A stretch of DNA of 63,421 nucleotides, filler included, from Octopus bimaculoides (GCF_001194135.2; 7 parts of 6 records of this genome joined end to end with filler, not necessarily neighbours in it), one strand, 5' to 3'. Positions 14,701-28,653 are shown, numbered from the whole stretch's first letter. Notes: generated from the sequence alone by a model not told the origin. Translations and numbers: made by a program.

Positions 14701-15954
14701 TAAAGTTAGGAATAATTAAGCTGGTATTGATATTGTTTTTTATCTGAACACATTCATTTCCGATTATACAGACACATGACCAAAGACATTTCAGCCGTGA
14801 CCACCCTATTTTGTGTATTTGTAAATTTATTCTTTTGGCTAATATCATTCCTTTTTTAAAGGCAGTAGGCTTGTAACTTAAGCAGAATTTGGTTGCTGTT
14901 ACTAGTAGTTCGTGTGTCTACATACAGGCTTCCCCTCCATCTCTATGGCTTTCGTAAAGCCAGATATACTAGAGTCATGATCACCAATGTCACTCATTAG
15001 TAGCTTCTTATTCTCAAGGCATATGGTGAAAACAGCGTAGTTACCATTGAAATCACCGAAAATTTCGACCCTCTTTCACAAGTAATGTCATAGGAAAAGT
15101 AGCCACTCGTCTCTTGGGTCCGTGGTTTCCTCTCAGACCGTACCATTATGAGATGTCTTAATAGAATACACTGTAAGCCATATTCTATCAAGTCTGGTGG
15201 GTGTCAAGACTGAATTTCGTTCTCTACACTCTCCTGCATATCAATGATATACGTATCATCCACTCCAAATTATAACGCACTCTATTTCCCCGCCAAATAC
15301 TACAGGCAGGAGTTAGCCAAAAGAGTAGTCCTCAGACTCAAAACTGCTTGGAAAATATGCACTAGATTTTATCTGTCTCAATATTTCTGTTCGAAATTAT
15401 TTCAGGGATCTTGACTGAAATATTTCTAATGATATTTCATGACATATCAATCATGTCAAACTCTTGTTATGTTAGAATCTCATGGGCTAGCATTGTTCAT
15501 TTTTTTCTATTGTTGGTGTTGAAATTTTTTTCTACTTTATACCGAAATAAGTCTGATTGAGCAGATACATGAAAAGGTCGTCCGGCCCGTAACTATTTCC
15601 CGCTTTTTATAAAAATGGATTTCATTATTGAATGTTCTATTCTTCATAGATACCAGAATTTGCATTTGCCAAGATTTGGCTATCAATTGTGACGAGTCTC
15701 ACGAATAGCTCTTATTATTATATATATATATATTTTGTAGGTGTGCAAGTACTGTAGTTTGGTTATATAATTGTTTATCCTTGGGATGATTGCATTCCGG
15801 CCCTTTATCTTTGGAGTTAAAAAAGGAAAAGATAAAAAACAGCATCACGCAAATAAAACAAAATACTAATTAAATACTCGAGTCAACATGATCGAATATT
15901 TCTATTTTCGAAATTTCTGTTCATGTGCTTATATCATTATTATTATTGCTGTTA

Positions 15955-16375
15955 AGGCGGCGAGCCGATAGCCCTCCGGGCAAAACGCTTCGTGGTATTT
16001 CGTCTATCTCTACGTTCTGAGTTCAAATTCCACCGAGGTCAAAAAAATAAGTACCAGATGAGCATTGGGACAATGTAATCGACTTAGCTCCTCCCCTGAA
16101 AATGATGGTTTGAGTCAAAATTTGAAACCATTATTACTATGATTTTTTTCCCCTGCTCTTGTAAAAGCGGCTTGTCAGTAGAGTCGGACTAATTCTTAGT
16201 ACCATTTCTTCTGACTGCTTACGTCCTGAGATTCTGAGTTCAAATCCGGCTGAGGCCAACTTTGCCTTTTTGCCCTGTCAGAGTACATAAAGTACATATC
16301 AGTCAAGTACTGAAGTCGATGCATTCGACTATTTACCCACCCTCTAAAATTGATGGTCTTATACTAAAATTATTA
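15955..16375 (+). mobile_element. Two degenerate SINE family B copies in tandem
   Basis: Two CTGAGTTCAAAT B-box cores, at about 16017 and 16235. Confidence 0.65.
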
Positions 16376-16675
16376 CTATGTTGGTTTGTCTCAGGTTCAG
16401 ACTAATTCCTGGAAGGGTTTATGGGGATAGCGGGTTACTACCTGTAACCTTAGGTATCCACAAGTTTTCAGCAGACTTTCAAGTGCTTAGGACATTCCTG
16501 ATAATCCTTGCTGTCCGTAAGAGACAAATTTTCTGCAGGAGTTCTACTGGGCATTCGATTTCAATCTCCCTTAGCTATTTTTCTATATCTTGTGAATATC
16601 ATTTGTTTATATATTATTATTATCATTTTCATTAGAATTTTCTTTCAATTCCGTTTCCATTTCTCGTCGAGTGCC

Positions 16676-16677
<2 letters not shown>

Positions 16678-16753
<76 letters not shown>
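16678..16753. repeat. (ATT)n microsatellite
   Basis: Directly visible. Confidence 0.95.
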
Positions 16754-16853
16754 NNNNNNNNNNNNNNNNNNNNNNNNNNNNNNNNNNNNNNNNNNNNTTA
16801 ATTAATTAANNNNNNNNNNNNNNNNNNNNNNNNNNNNNNNNNNNNNNNNNNNN
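16754..16853. other. Artificial scaffold spacer N44-TTAATTAATTAA-N44 (linkers also at 39487, 50667, 56367, 58703, 62093)
   Basis: The same 100-bp construct occurs six times; the 12-mer gives stop codons in all six frames. Confidence 0.92.
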
Positions 16854-18429
16854 ATATATATATATATATATATAAATATATATATATATATTTCAATGAT
16901 GCTGATAGTGTTGTCTCATCAAACATATATTATTGATGGTATTGTCGCTGAAACTTTATTACAATTTTGTTAGGCTTTTTCTGCATCGATGCAAGTTGGA
17001 GGAATAGCACTAAAAGCAAAACAGTAATTTCAAGCATCTTTACCTCTTTAGCAATGATTTTAGGATCATAAGATGAGTGAATGTATTATTGAATGATTTC
17101 AGCAGTTTCGGTAATAGTAACTTTTAGTTTCGGCAGTAGGAAAGTTTCTCTTGATGGGATGGGTGTTGCAATTATGGTTTCGAGAGTTCAAATTCAGAAT
17201 GTTAATTAGGATACTCTGAAACACTGGTGAACATTCTTTTATTAAGTTTTTTAGCGATATTTTGTAAAATTTCTGCGGGTAAAGTTAGAAATGAATCAAG
17301 TGCCTCAAAAATTAAAGAAATGTGAAACCCCCCACCCAAAAACAAAAAAACAAAAACAAAAACAAAACATCCTCAATCAATCAGATTTTAAGTTGTTTTT
17401 GCTGTTCAGTTTTTGTCTTTACTCATTATCTTAGCAAGAAAGACTTTAAAGTATTTTGTCGATTCAATTCTTCTCGAATAAAACCGTAGAAGTCATTATT
17501 TGCATCCCTATGAGAAAGTTTTGCAATGCTGATAAAACAACATAGATAGTATTTTATCCATTATCTGAAGTATCCACATGGATTATTTTAACATTGTAAA
17601 TAGCTTATTTCACAGTGTCTACATATCATTGATTAACTACAATTCATGACCATTCTCTTCTTTATCATATTTCTGAAGCTTTTGATTTTTTTTTTTATTG
17701 GAGACCTACAAAATGAACTGATAATTGTTATCACTTTTTAATGACATCGCCAACATTTAAATTTTGGTGATATCATAAGAGGAAAAGGTTTCTGCAATAG
17801 GAGCTATTTCATTAAATTCAAACTATTACAGATCGATATAATTATTAATCACATTCGTAACAGCAGAATTTAAAATTTGAATATCATCCTCGAATGTGTC
17901 TTCAAACTCATTGACACGATTGATGCAAGAATCATTAATTTTCCTGTAAAGACTATCGCTAATGAAGCTATACGCAAAACACAATTGATTCTCGCAGTTC
18001 ATATATTATTAAATTTATCTTGCACCGTCATTTATGGTGGCAACCATATATTTTACCAAATCAGTTGAATTCACGAAGTTTAGTTTTCAAATTTCCAGCA
18101 ATATTTCATCAGGAAAATTTTCATAAATTATGATCATCTCCAAATTCCAGAGTTTACCGGGTGAGTTTACATTTACACCTAAATATCTGAGATTACACGA
18201 AAATGTATATTCATCTAAAGAAATATTGAGTATTTCAGAGTTGAGCTTGTATTTATTTCACAAAAAACATTTTTTCAAATCCTATGGGAGATAAACCCTT
18301 TGCAACAAGAACTATTCTTTGGTAAAATCAAACCATTACATTTAATTGCTTACGAAATAAAAATACTTAACTATTGCATTCATAGGAAATCCATCAAAAG
18401 TAGGAAGCTCGGATGAAAAGCTCATAGGC

Positions 18430-19254
18430 AAGTTGCCATAGCACTCTCTATTGATGGTGTGGCCATTTTGGAGATAATCAACAAACACAATGCCTTCTGC
18501 ATCCTCCAAAACTGAAACCATCATCTTCCCTATAGCTGAAACGATTTTAGCCTTCTTTGGAGCAGGCAAGGAGGGGAGGTTTCCACTGAATGATTTGTTA
18601 CTGGCACAAAATAATGAAGTCAGTATTTATCTTGGGTTAGGTAACGTTTAAGGAAACCAGCTGGATCTGCCTGAAAAAATGTTAGCTTTTCCAGTGATGT
18701 GATCTACCTGGCGCACTTTTGATCCAGTGTCAGATGTGGCACCCACTCAGCAGAAACCTGCCGCCAAGTCAAGTTCATTGTGCAGAATATTCTCATCTCT
18801 CATGGGATGTACTTGTAGCATTGGCTATTTGATTTATAATCAATCACCTGTCATCCGTCTGCATGTATACACGATCAATGTTTTCCTCAGTAGTGACAGA
18901 GGCAGGACTTCCAGACGGTGGATCATCTTCAAGACTCTTCCTTCCCCTCCTAAATTTAGTTGCTCAATTTTACACTGTTGATAAAGCTGAGGTGTCGTCC
19001 CTAATGTATCAACAATGTCAGCATGAATGTTGCTGGGGCTAAATCCTCTTTGTGCAGGTACTTGATGTCAAAATCAAGAGAAATCGCTACTAGTTGATTT
19101 TGAAGTTGTCTTTGAACAGTCAGATATCAGTTATCTGAAAAGAAACAATGCAGTCATTAATAAGAAGAAATTAAACTAATCCATACAAAATTACACAGCT
19201 CTAACGTCGCTCCTTCATAGTCAGTCTATAAGCTTTTCAGCCCACTCTCGCATA
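18430..19254 (-). mobile_element. Mariner transposon remnant (5' end, HTH and start of catalytic domain)
   Basis: Fragmented translation: IKYLHK.., VSAEWVPHL.., PAPKKAKIVSAIGKMMVSVLEDAEGIVFVDYLQNGHTINRECYGNL. Mariner-like end (GAGAGTGGGCTGAAAAGCTT on minus strand) near 19230-19250. Confidence 0.8.
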
Positions 19255-19338
19255 GCTTCATAGAAAAGATACATACTCTATTGGTCAATTGTTTTAAAAT
19301 AAGATTCGTTTATCTTTTTGAATTTCCGGGAAATTATA

Positions 19339-19420
19339 CGTATGTATGTATGTATGTATGTATGTATGTATGTATGTATGTATGTATGTATGTATGTATG
19401 TATGTATGTATGCATGTATG
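19339..19420. repeat. (TATG)n microsatellite (also near 33135-33190, 39955-40020, 46565-46660)
   Basis: Directly visible. Confidence 0.95.
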
Positions 19421-19571
19421 TATGCACGTGTGTGTGTGCGTGCGTGTGTAATAAGTATATATGTGTGTATGCATTTATGTATATATTTACGTTCCTACAT
19501 ATATGCATAATTTGTGTGTGGATAAGCTGGACGTTATACAAATCCATTTTTTCCTTTGATCATATGCTCAC

Positions 19572-19623
<52 letters not shown>

Positions 19624-19733
19624 NNNNNNNNNNTATATATATATATATATACATACACACATATGTTAAATAAAATGAGACAACAAAACCAAGGCTGTGT
19701 GGAATTTAGAGGACATTTATAAAGAGAAAGGTA

Positions 19734-19781
19734 GTCTTACAGCTGTTTCTGGGATATTTGGAATATCCCTTCATCAGAGAA
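19734..19781 (-). ncRNA. Minimal type I hammerhead ribozyme motif (left arm)
   Basis: Minus strand: tct-CTGATGA-a-gggatat-tccaa-atatccc-a-GAAAC-agct-GTA-agac. Stem II 7 bp, palindromic AGCT loop III, GUA triplet, stem I 3 bp. Confidence 0.75.
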
Positions 19782-19861
19782 GATATGAGCGAGTTAACTA
19801 GAGGGAAATAGTAGAATTCAATATAAGTTACTATTTCCCTCTAAGTTAACTCTCTCATATC

Positions 19862-19909
19862 GTCTCTGATGAAGGGATATCCCTAATATCTCAGAAACAA
19901 CTGTAAGAA
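19862..19909 (+). ncRNA. Minimal type I hammerhead ribozyme motif (right arm)
   Basis: gtct-CTGATGA-a-gggatat-cccta-atatctc-a-GAAAC-aact-GTA-agaa. Stem II has one G-U pair and loop III is no longer palindromic. Confidence 0.7.
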
Positions 19910-20209
19910 TACCTTTCTCTTTATAAATGTCCTATAAATTTCACACAGCGTTGGTTTTGTTGTGTCACCTTATTCAAAATATACATGCTCACATAACACC
20001 CCCATTACACTCCTCACTCGTATTATTATCGAACCAAGACTCTAACTACGGTCCTCCTGTAGCACTTACATAGCCTTACCTGCCATCTTGGGTCTTCTGG
20101 ATACCAATACCTCTCATGTAAGCATATATGTATGTATAAACACACACACACACATACATATATATACATATATATATATAACACAGTAAAGTTGTAAGAT
20201 ACCGCACGA

Positions 20210-20254
<45 letters not shown>

Positions 20255-20550
20255 NNNNNNNNNNNNNNNNNNNNNNNNNNNNNNNNNNNNNNNNNNNNNN
20301 NNNNNNNNNNNNNNNNNNNNNNNNNNNNNNNNNNNNNNNNNNNNNNNNNNNNNNNNNNNNNNNNNNNNNNNNNNNNNNNNNNNNNNNNNNNNNNNNNNNN
20401 NNNNNNNNNNNNNNNNNNNNNNNNNNNNNNNNNNNNNNNNNNNNNNNNNNNNNNNNNNNNNNNNNNNNNNNNNNNNNNNNNNNNNNNNNNNNNNNNNNNN
20501 NNNNNNNNNNNNNNNNNNNNNNNNNNNNNNNNNNNNNNNNNNNNNNNNNN

Positions 20551-20591
<41 letters not shown>

Positions 20592-20592
20592 T

Positions 20593-20750
20593 ACGACAGC
20601 CTTCTTTCAGTTTCCGTCTACCAAATCCACCCTCAAGGCTTTGGTCGGCCCGAGGCTATAGTAGAAGACACTAGCCCAAGGTGCCACTCAGTGACACTGA
20701 ACCCGGAACCATGTGGTTGGGAAGCTAGTTTCTTACCACACAGCCATGCC
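20593..20750 (-). mobile_element. SINE family A, 5' half
   Basis: Reverse complement of the family A head and body up to the internal (TG)n. Confidence 0.8.
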
Positions 20751-20765
20751 TTCACCTATGTACAC

Positions 20766-20823
<58 letters not shown>

Positions 20824-22060
20824 CACATGATATACACAAGACCATATATACATGCATAAATATATGAATATGTCATGCCATCCGTTTTTCACTCCATGGT
20901 GAAATTGTAGGAGTCCCGTCATAACAGATGACGTATTTCTTGACACTTTTAGATTTGGCAAGGTCCAGTCTTTTCCGGATCTAAGCAGAATAGATTTGTA
21001 TAAGGAGGGAAAGCGAAAGAGAGAAAAAGTAAGAGAATGAGAGAAATCAACCTCGGTACAGAATTGGTAATGTATCGGTGAAAGACAAAGATGGCGCTCG
21101 ACAGCATTTGAACTCAGAGAATAGGGAACCGGAACTCTTAACTGCAAAGCAATCTATCCTATGCTCTCTATCTCTCTCTATTTATCTATCTGTCGAGTGG
21201 TTGGTTGTGTGAATTCTTTTACATTATTGCATGGGTATATGGTTATACTGTAGAAGATGTGCGTTGTATTATTTTGTTGGGTGATTATTGTATGAAATAT
21301 GTTTGGCTTGTTATACAGAACCTGCACCATGCATACTGCTGAATTTATAGTGTCTTGCTCAGGGTATATGAATTTGTCTAGAAGCATTATTTTTTGGACT
21401 ATGCGTAAAGTTGCTATGATTTTTACATTTATGTTCATATTCCAATGCTTCAGTTGTTATTGGTCCTGTTTTTAACATTTGTAACCCTCATCATGTTTTT
21501 TCCCTTATTTCAAGATCCTTGTATTTCAATAGTTTCTCAACATCCTTCCGGGTTATTGTCGTCGTCGTTGTTGTTATTAATATTATTATTATTATTGAAA
21601 TATTTTTATAGGTAAGAGGTATATATTGACGAACGGAGAATATGCCATTAATGATATATTCTATATTATTTTCTCTTTTCTATATTGGCATTCCTCCTTA
21701 AATTTCGCGTTCATTTTTTGTTTATCTTATTTCAATACACATACAGATACAAACGCATGCACACACAGAGTAATACATTTACACATACGCTTACACACAA
21801 GTACATGTACATAATAAGACACATACATATAAAAATACATATATATAAAATCCGAATACAAGATCCATCGAATGAAAATCTTAGAAATGTATATAAATGT
21901 GTAAAATGGATAGCTGCATACAGCTATACAACATCATAAGGACTATTAATATATAAAGGAAGACGAAAAATGAATATTCATGGAATGTGTGTATGTTAGT
22001 AGGTACGTATGTATGTGTATGCATGCTTGCATGTACGTGTGTATATATTTTCGAATGCAT

Positions 22061-22105
<45 letters not shown>

Positions 22106-22336
22106 NNNNNNNNNNNNNNNNNNNNNNNNNNNNNNNNNNNNNNNNNNNNNNNNNNNNNNNNNNNNNNNNNNNNNNNNNNNNNNNNNNNNNNNNNNNNNNN
22201 NNNNNNNNNNNNNNNNNNNNNNNNNNNNNNNNNNNNNNNNNNNNNNNNNNNNNNNNNNNNNNNNNNNNNNNNNNNNNNNNNNNNNNNNNNNNNNNNNNNN
22301 NNNNNNNNNNNNNNNNNNNNNNNNNNNNNNNNNNNN

Positions 22337-22367
<31 letters not shown>

Positions 22368-23852
22368 GTGTGTGCATGTGTGAATGTGCGTGTACAGATA
22401 TGCATGCATAGACATAGGTAACAGAAAAACTACAGCACAAAAATAATATATTTAGAGATGGTGAAATGAACTCTACCCCACCAAAAACAAAAAGAAGCAA
22501 GAGAAAGACTATATACATGTGTGTGTGCATAACTAGTCTTCCCTCCTCCATTTATGTATATCTATATCTGTGAATATATACATATACGCGTATGTATATA
22601 TATGTGTATATTTGTATGTACATGTACCATGCACACACACATACGTATGAGTACGTGTGTGTATGTATGTATATTAGAAGGGAAGGAAGATAAGAAGTGG
22701 GTGAAAATTAGGATTAGGACCAGAAAGAGGGAAAAAATGGTGAAGGGTAGATGGCAAAAAATGGGGACAAGATCCAAAGTACAAAACAGGAAATGAATCT
22801 CAATAAGCAGATATGTGAATATGAAAGTGAAAGAGTTAATATGGACGCAACTTACATATATGTATGTGTGCGTGTGTGTGTGTTTGTGTGAAGGTGTGTG
22901 TGTGTGAGTGGGTGTAGGTGTGTGAGTGTGTGTGGGCGTGTGTGTGTGTATGTGTGTGAGTGGTGTGGGCGCGCGTGTGTGTGTGTGTAGGCGTGTGTGA
23001 GTATGCATGTGCATATTAGACATATGTATTGCATATNNNNNNNNNNNNNNNNNNNNNNNNNNNNNNNNNNNNNNNNNNNNNNNNNNNNNNNNNNNNNNNN
23101 NNNNNNNNNNNNNNNNNNNNNNNNNNNNNNNNNNNNNNNNNNNNNNNNNNNNNNNNNNNNNNNNNNNNNNNNNNNNNNNNNNNNNNNNNNNNNNNNNNNN
23201 NNNNNNNNNNNNNNNNNNNNNNNNNNNNNNNNNNNNNNNNNNNNNNNNNNNNNNNNNNNNNNNNNNNNNNNNNNNNNNNNNNNNNNNNNNNNNNNNNNNN
23301 NNNNNNNNNNNNNNNNNNNNNNNNNNNNNNNNNNNNNNNNNNNNNNNNNNNNNNNNNNNNNNNNNNNNNNNNATATATATTTATTTATATATATATGTAT
23401 ATATATATATATATATGTATATATATAAATGGATATATACATGTGTGCGTGTGTGTCACTGTGTATGTGTGCGTATGCATATATACATAGGTATAAGGAA
23501 ATGAACAGAGAATAGTAAAAATTTCACCTCATCAAATACAACAAAATTTACAAATTAACAAATATAAAATTATACCTCGTCATTGCTCAAGTACCTCTCT
23601 CTCTCACACTTACACGCACTCTCCCGCGCTGTCTCTCACTCTCTCCCACTCTCACTGTTTCCTAATATCCTTCTACTGACCGATCAGTAAACCTTTCTTG
23701 TAACAACAGTAGCAATAACAACAGTATTAGAATATATTTTCTTTGTCTTGTATGTAGGTGAGTGTCTATTTGTGGTTTAATTTTTGTATTTTATTTTTTA
23801 TTTTTCTCATTCTTTTCTCCTCCTACTGATTTTACTTCTCCCTTCTTCCTCA

Positions 23853-23859
<7 letters not shown>

Positions 23860-23887
<28 letters not shown>

Positions 23888-24073
23888 CTTCTTCTTCTTC
23901 TTCCCCCATCACTCTGTTCTTTTTGTCGTAACCGTTTCCTTTTTAGAATCTTTGAGGAAACCATAAAACTGAAGAGAAGGAACTTGCTCTTAGTTGAGCA
24001 ACAGAGGCAAAGTAAGGGCCGGGTGTGAGAAAAAACAAACAAATAAAACAACAACAACAACAACAGCAACAGC

Positions 24074-24163
<90 letters not shown>

Positions 24164-24830
24164 AAGAATAGCAAACAACACCAAAACAAAAATAACAAAG
24201 AAACGACAATGCAACAACAACAGTAATAACATAGACAACAATAGCAATAACCAAACATCTGCGACGACGACAATAGCAGCACAAAAACAAAAAAACAAAC
24301 AAAAAAAACAAACAAAAAACAAAACAAACAATTTCAGTAATAAGAAAAGCTAACATCAATATTATCATAAAATAACAATAATAACGGGAACAACGTTTTA
24401 ACGTCAACAATAACGGCAGCAACAATAACAACAACATTTGTAAAACTGGAAGCAAGAACATACAGGGAAGTTTTATTTTTTACGAATGAAACAGATGATA
24501 AGATATATTTTATTGGTCGTAGACGATGATGATGATGACGATGATGGTGGTGATGACGACGATGGTGATGATGATGAAGATGTTGTTGATGGTGGCAATG
24601 ATGTTGTTGGTGGCGATGATACTGTTAATGAAGGTGGTGATGACTATGATGATGATGACGATGATGATGAAGGTTGTAGTGATCTTGATGGTTATGGTTA
24701 CGTTTGCTGCGGTGGTGATTGTGACGATTATGATGGCATTGATGATCAAGCTAAGGAGGAAGGAGAAGAGGAAGGGGAAGAGGTGGAGGAAGAGGAGGGG
24801 AAGAGGTAGGAGAAATAAAAGATGATGATG
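23860..24830. repeat. Compound trinucleotide tract (GTT/CTT, AAC/ACT, GAT/GGT, GAG)
   Basis: Directly visible. Confidence 0.9.
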
Positions 24831-25661
24831 GTGACGCTTTGTTGAATTTGCAAAAAAAAAAAAAGAAGAAAAAAGTCACCAAAGTCAACAAGGCAATCCG
24901 AGCCAACGCGGTAGATTTTACATGATCGTTCAATTTGTCAATTCACCCTCAAACGATACCTTAATACTCTGATAGAAAAACTCGTTATAATAATGTTATC
25001 TAGGGTACACCATTTCTGAAAATTGGCGAAATTTCTAGATCATTAAAGTGTTTGGTAAATTTCCTCGAGGTAGTTGTCGCAACTCACTTCACTCTGAGTT
25101 CGTATACCATCGAGGTTGACATTGCCCTTCATCCACTCAGGATGTTACAGATTGGAGAAACTGCTAGAGGATCTGACGATATGTCTTGTGGTATTTGTTC
25201 TCGCTCTTTGTGTTCTGGAAACATCTGCGACCTTAGAATTACCATCGGTGATTAGGAGAGGAAACTTGCATGCGTGAGAAACTGCCCGTCTTCCTAAAAA
25301 ATCTTACTCCAAGTCCGCACATGCATGTGCGGATGTATGAAACACACACACACACACACACAGACACACACACATACACAGAGGCACAAACATACACACA
25401 TACACACACACAGAGGCAGTCACACACACACATGCACCTCCCCCACACATTCACACACACGAATGATATTCAGTAGTGGGGAAACTATGGAAAGAGTTTG
25501 GATGCATTATACTTATTTTTTGTGCAATTGATTTAAACCTCTTCCATTCCCATTGAGTGTCTTTAGTGATGTCTACTCTGCTGCAAGCATTTGGATTAGG
25601 TCTCAAGTCTAAGGACATTATATGTTGAGGAAGGAAGTGATTGCCTTTGACTCTTTTACAG

Positions 25662-25736
25662 GAACTCCGGTGAGAAAGAGAGAAGTTAACCTCACGCGGA
25701 GACCCGGCCCGAATCCTTCCAACAGAGTGAATTCAA
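25662..25736 (+). other. Candidate 75-nt symmetric (phase 1-1) exon
   Basis: CTCTTTTACAG acceptor and AA/GTAAAG donor; one open frame, TPVRKREVNLTRRPGPNPSNRVNS. No homolog recognised. Confidence 0.25.
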
Positions 25737-25774
25737 GTAAAGGTGCCCGAAGTGTCAGATGGTGGTGTTAAACA

Positions 25775-26020
25775 GGGTGTTGTGTTAAGTCTTTCACCCC
25801 AGTAGGTCATGGCGGGATTTGAACTCAGAACGCAAAATTCCCTGAGCGATGTACTGCAAAGCGTCCGGTCCGATATTCTTACTGTCCCGTTAATCCACCG
25901 CTTTGGATTAATTATTACTTTTTTTATTGAACCCAAAAGGACGAAAGATTAAGTTGAACTCGGCTGGATCTGAATTCAGAACGCAGAGCCGTAATAAATG
26001 TTGTGAAGCTACCCGACCCT
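25775..26020 (-). mobile_element. Degenerate SINE family B fragments
   Basis: GGATTTGAACTCAGAACG and GGATCTGAATTCAGAACG cores. Confidence 0.5.
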
Positions 26021-27882
26021 GTAATGACGGCCAATTCGCAGGATTTCCATGAGTTGTAGTTTCTTCGATCAATTTCAGCCCGTCTCAGGGACTCAGCAAA
26101 AAAGTCATAGATGATGCTTTTCCTCTTCCATCGAAACCCTAAAAACAAAACAAAACGAAGCTCAATATGAATGATTTTTGTATGAATTTATATATGAAAG
26201 AATATATTTTGCTATTCTTGAAGTTTTTAAGTTGTACAGGAGACGATGCCAAATTATGTGACAGGGTATTTGGCCCCTCCCAATCAATAAATAAATATAT
26301 ATATAAAATCTAAAAATCTAAAATAAATGAAATAATATAAAAATTAGAAACGAAATACATAAACAAAATAACATAAAAATTTTAAATAGAATAAATGAAT
26401 AACAAGTTAGAACCATTGGGACATTTTGTTTTCTAGACTTTTAGCTATCTTAATCCGTATGATATAACAGCCTGGGACATGATTTACGATTCGATTTATT
26501 TTTAATACCCAAGAAGAAAACCTCAGCAAAGTAGCAATAAATAAATAAATAAATAAAAATTAAAAAATTAAAATAGATAAAAATAAATATCGAATTTTTC
26601 ATTTGACTAACTCTGTTTTACATTAATTTTCTTTCAGAGAGAAAATAAATCTAAATAAGTAAAAGTAAAAAACTAAGGCAGAAAAATAACATATGCATAT
26701 TATTAATTATCTTTTTTGTCCATGTTTGTGCTTTTGCAAAAATATATATTTACCGCTAATACTTGGGCGGTATCGCTGTATGTTGGAGCTTATTTCGATT
26801 TTGAAAGTGTTGAACTATTAAGAAGCAATTTTATCCTGGCGAGGATACAAAAGTAACGCAATAACTTGTATGAGCTAGCTTAACCAACAAGAAATAGTTG
26901 CCAGATTTCTCTCTAATCATACTTTACCCAATCGTGATGAAAAAGGAAGGGCATGTTAATTAGAGAAATTCAGATGCCATTGCGTAAAAACAGCTAAGCT
27001 CAGTTTGGAAGACCTCTGATAAAAAGTCTGCTTGAAATGAGATGTTTGATAGCGGATGGTAAATAGCAGCAGCAATAACAACAAAAACAACAGCAGCAAC
27101 ATCAACCCAGCAGCCGCCTGTCTGTTATGAATATTTTTAGTTTAATCATCTGGAGGTATGTATGGGCTTGGTAGCTTCAAGATATCGAATCACACCTTAA
27201 TTGCCCTAATTATTCCTGAATCAATCTTGTCGAGATACTAGTGTGTCCCTCTGCTAACCTGTGGATCAGTGTATTTCGTCATCGACGTTGTAGCGGCTCC
27301 TCGCATAAATATTTAATTCTCAACAAACCACTTCAATTAGCTATGAATGAGAGTCATACAAAGGAACTGCTAACTTTGTTGCTGTTGTTTCGCTCCAGGC
27401 TTTCTTTAGTTGATAAGATCAATGATCAAAGGCGTCCAGCCATGACTGGCGCATCTCCTTTTATTTACGTAAATCACTTAAAGAACTAAGTTAACCAATG
27501 TGTCTTTTCTTCATTAAGATACTATAGTATGCAGTGAAGGAATTTCGGTTGCTATTTCAAGCGGGTCGTGTGAACGCGTAGAAGTCTCCTTCGTTGCCCC
27601 TCCGTTTGCCTTTATAGGTCGTGAGTGAATTATATAATTGCCGATAATTTCGTCTGCTTTTGGTGTTTAATATATTTTTTTCATAAATCCGGATCGGAAG
27701 AAAACAATAAAAAGCAATGCCAGTATATTTTTCTAGAAGATGGATAATTCCATCATTTGCTATCAACAAAGCTAATTAAAATAAGTAAACTAATTCTATC
27801 ATAAATGGCTATATATTCCATAGACATTTGTATTCTAGACGTATTTGTTAGGCAGAATAAGTGAAAGATATTGTATGAGTGT

Positions 27883-27916
27883 GCAGGCGTGGCTGTGTGG
27901 TAAGAAGTTTGTTTCC
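27883..27916 (+). mobile_element. SINE family A head stub, cut at the start of the LINE-like sequence
   Basis: GCAGGCGTGGCTGTGTGGTAAGAAGTTTGTTTCC, then unrelated sequence. Confidence 0.6.
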
Positions 27917-28653
27917 TGTAAACCAGAGTGGACGTGAGATTGATGCGCTCCGGTCATTGAAAGGAAAAAAGAACAAAAACAGAGAAGGTCGGCGAGGTAG
28001 GTGATTTTGTTTTATCTGAGCTGGGCGTAATTTGTTATATTGTAATTTTTGTTAATAAATTTCGTACAGCTCTGGGACAATTTCGCCTGCTCTCGGTGGC
28101 TGCTGTTTTTGTATATTGCAAATTCTTTGGATTCGCCCGAATGAGTGGAATCTGATACAGTTGCTGTTGCAGTTACCGTTGGCTGTAACCTGTATTCGTG
28201 TTTGGATTTATTGGATTTATTTTACCAATTACCGGAAAAAGAGATTCTCGCCAAGGACCCTATCCACAGCGGCCGGGAGTACCTGTTGTCCAGGAAATTG
28301 GATTTTTGCTGTGTTTTTTTCTCCGTCTACCATTCCTGATTTTTCTTTCTTTTTGAACTGTTTATTTATTTTCTGGATTTCTTTGTCTTATTTTTTTTTT
28401 ACTGTTCTGTTAACTGTTTGTGTATCTTTTTACTTTTGAACTTTTTTCTTTGACCTTTCTTTGAACTTTTAAGACTTATTTCTTTTTGCACATGGCAAAA
28501 ATAAACAGTGCCGCTGCTTTGGAGTGGGAGGTGGTCCCACCCAAACATTGGATTAAAGATCTTGAGAAGAGGACGGTGGTACTACGGACCTATTCCAGGT
28601 CGCGAGATGCCATCGCCCTCTTCGACAAGAATGTGATAGAGGAAGAGTTAGCA
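27917..28653 (+). mobile_element. Tx1/L1-like LINE 5' UTR and ORF1 start (copy 1, runs into gap)
   Basis: T-rich UTR, then MAKINSAAALEWEVVPPKHWIKDLEKRTVVLRTYSRSRDAIALFDKNVIEEELA, which aligns with the ORF1 of copy 2. Confidence 0.5.

Larger units (their letters stand above)
19669..19974. mobile_element. Palindromic fold-back element with two hammerhead motifs (second family)
   Basis: Arms about 19669-19813 and 19829-19974 (about 145 bp, roughly 85-90% complementary) around a 15-nt loop, next to a (TA)n tract. Confidence 0.8.

Noticed and set aside
16798-16809. TTAATTAATTAA islands inside N-runs (six copies)
   Set aside because: Identical N44-linker-N44 construct with six-frame stops, so an assembly spacer. 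Adjacency across these joins is not guaranteed.
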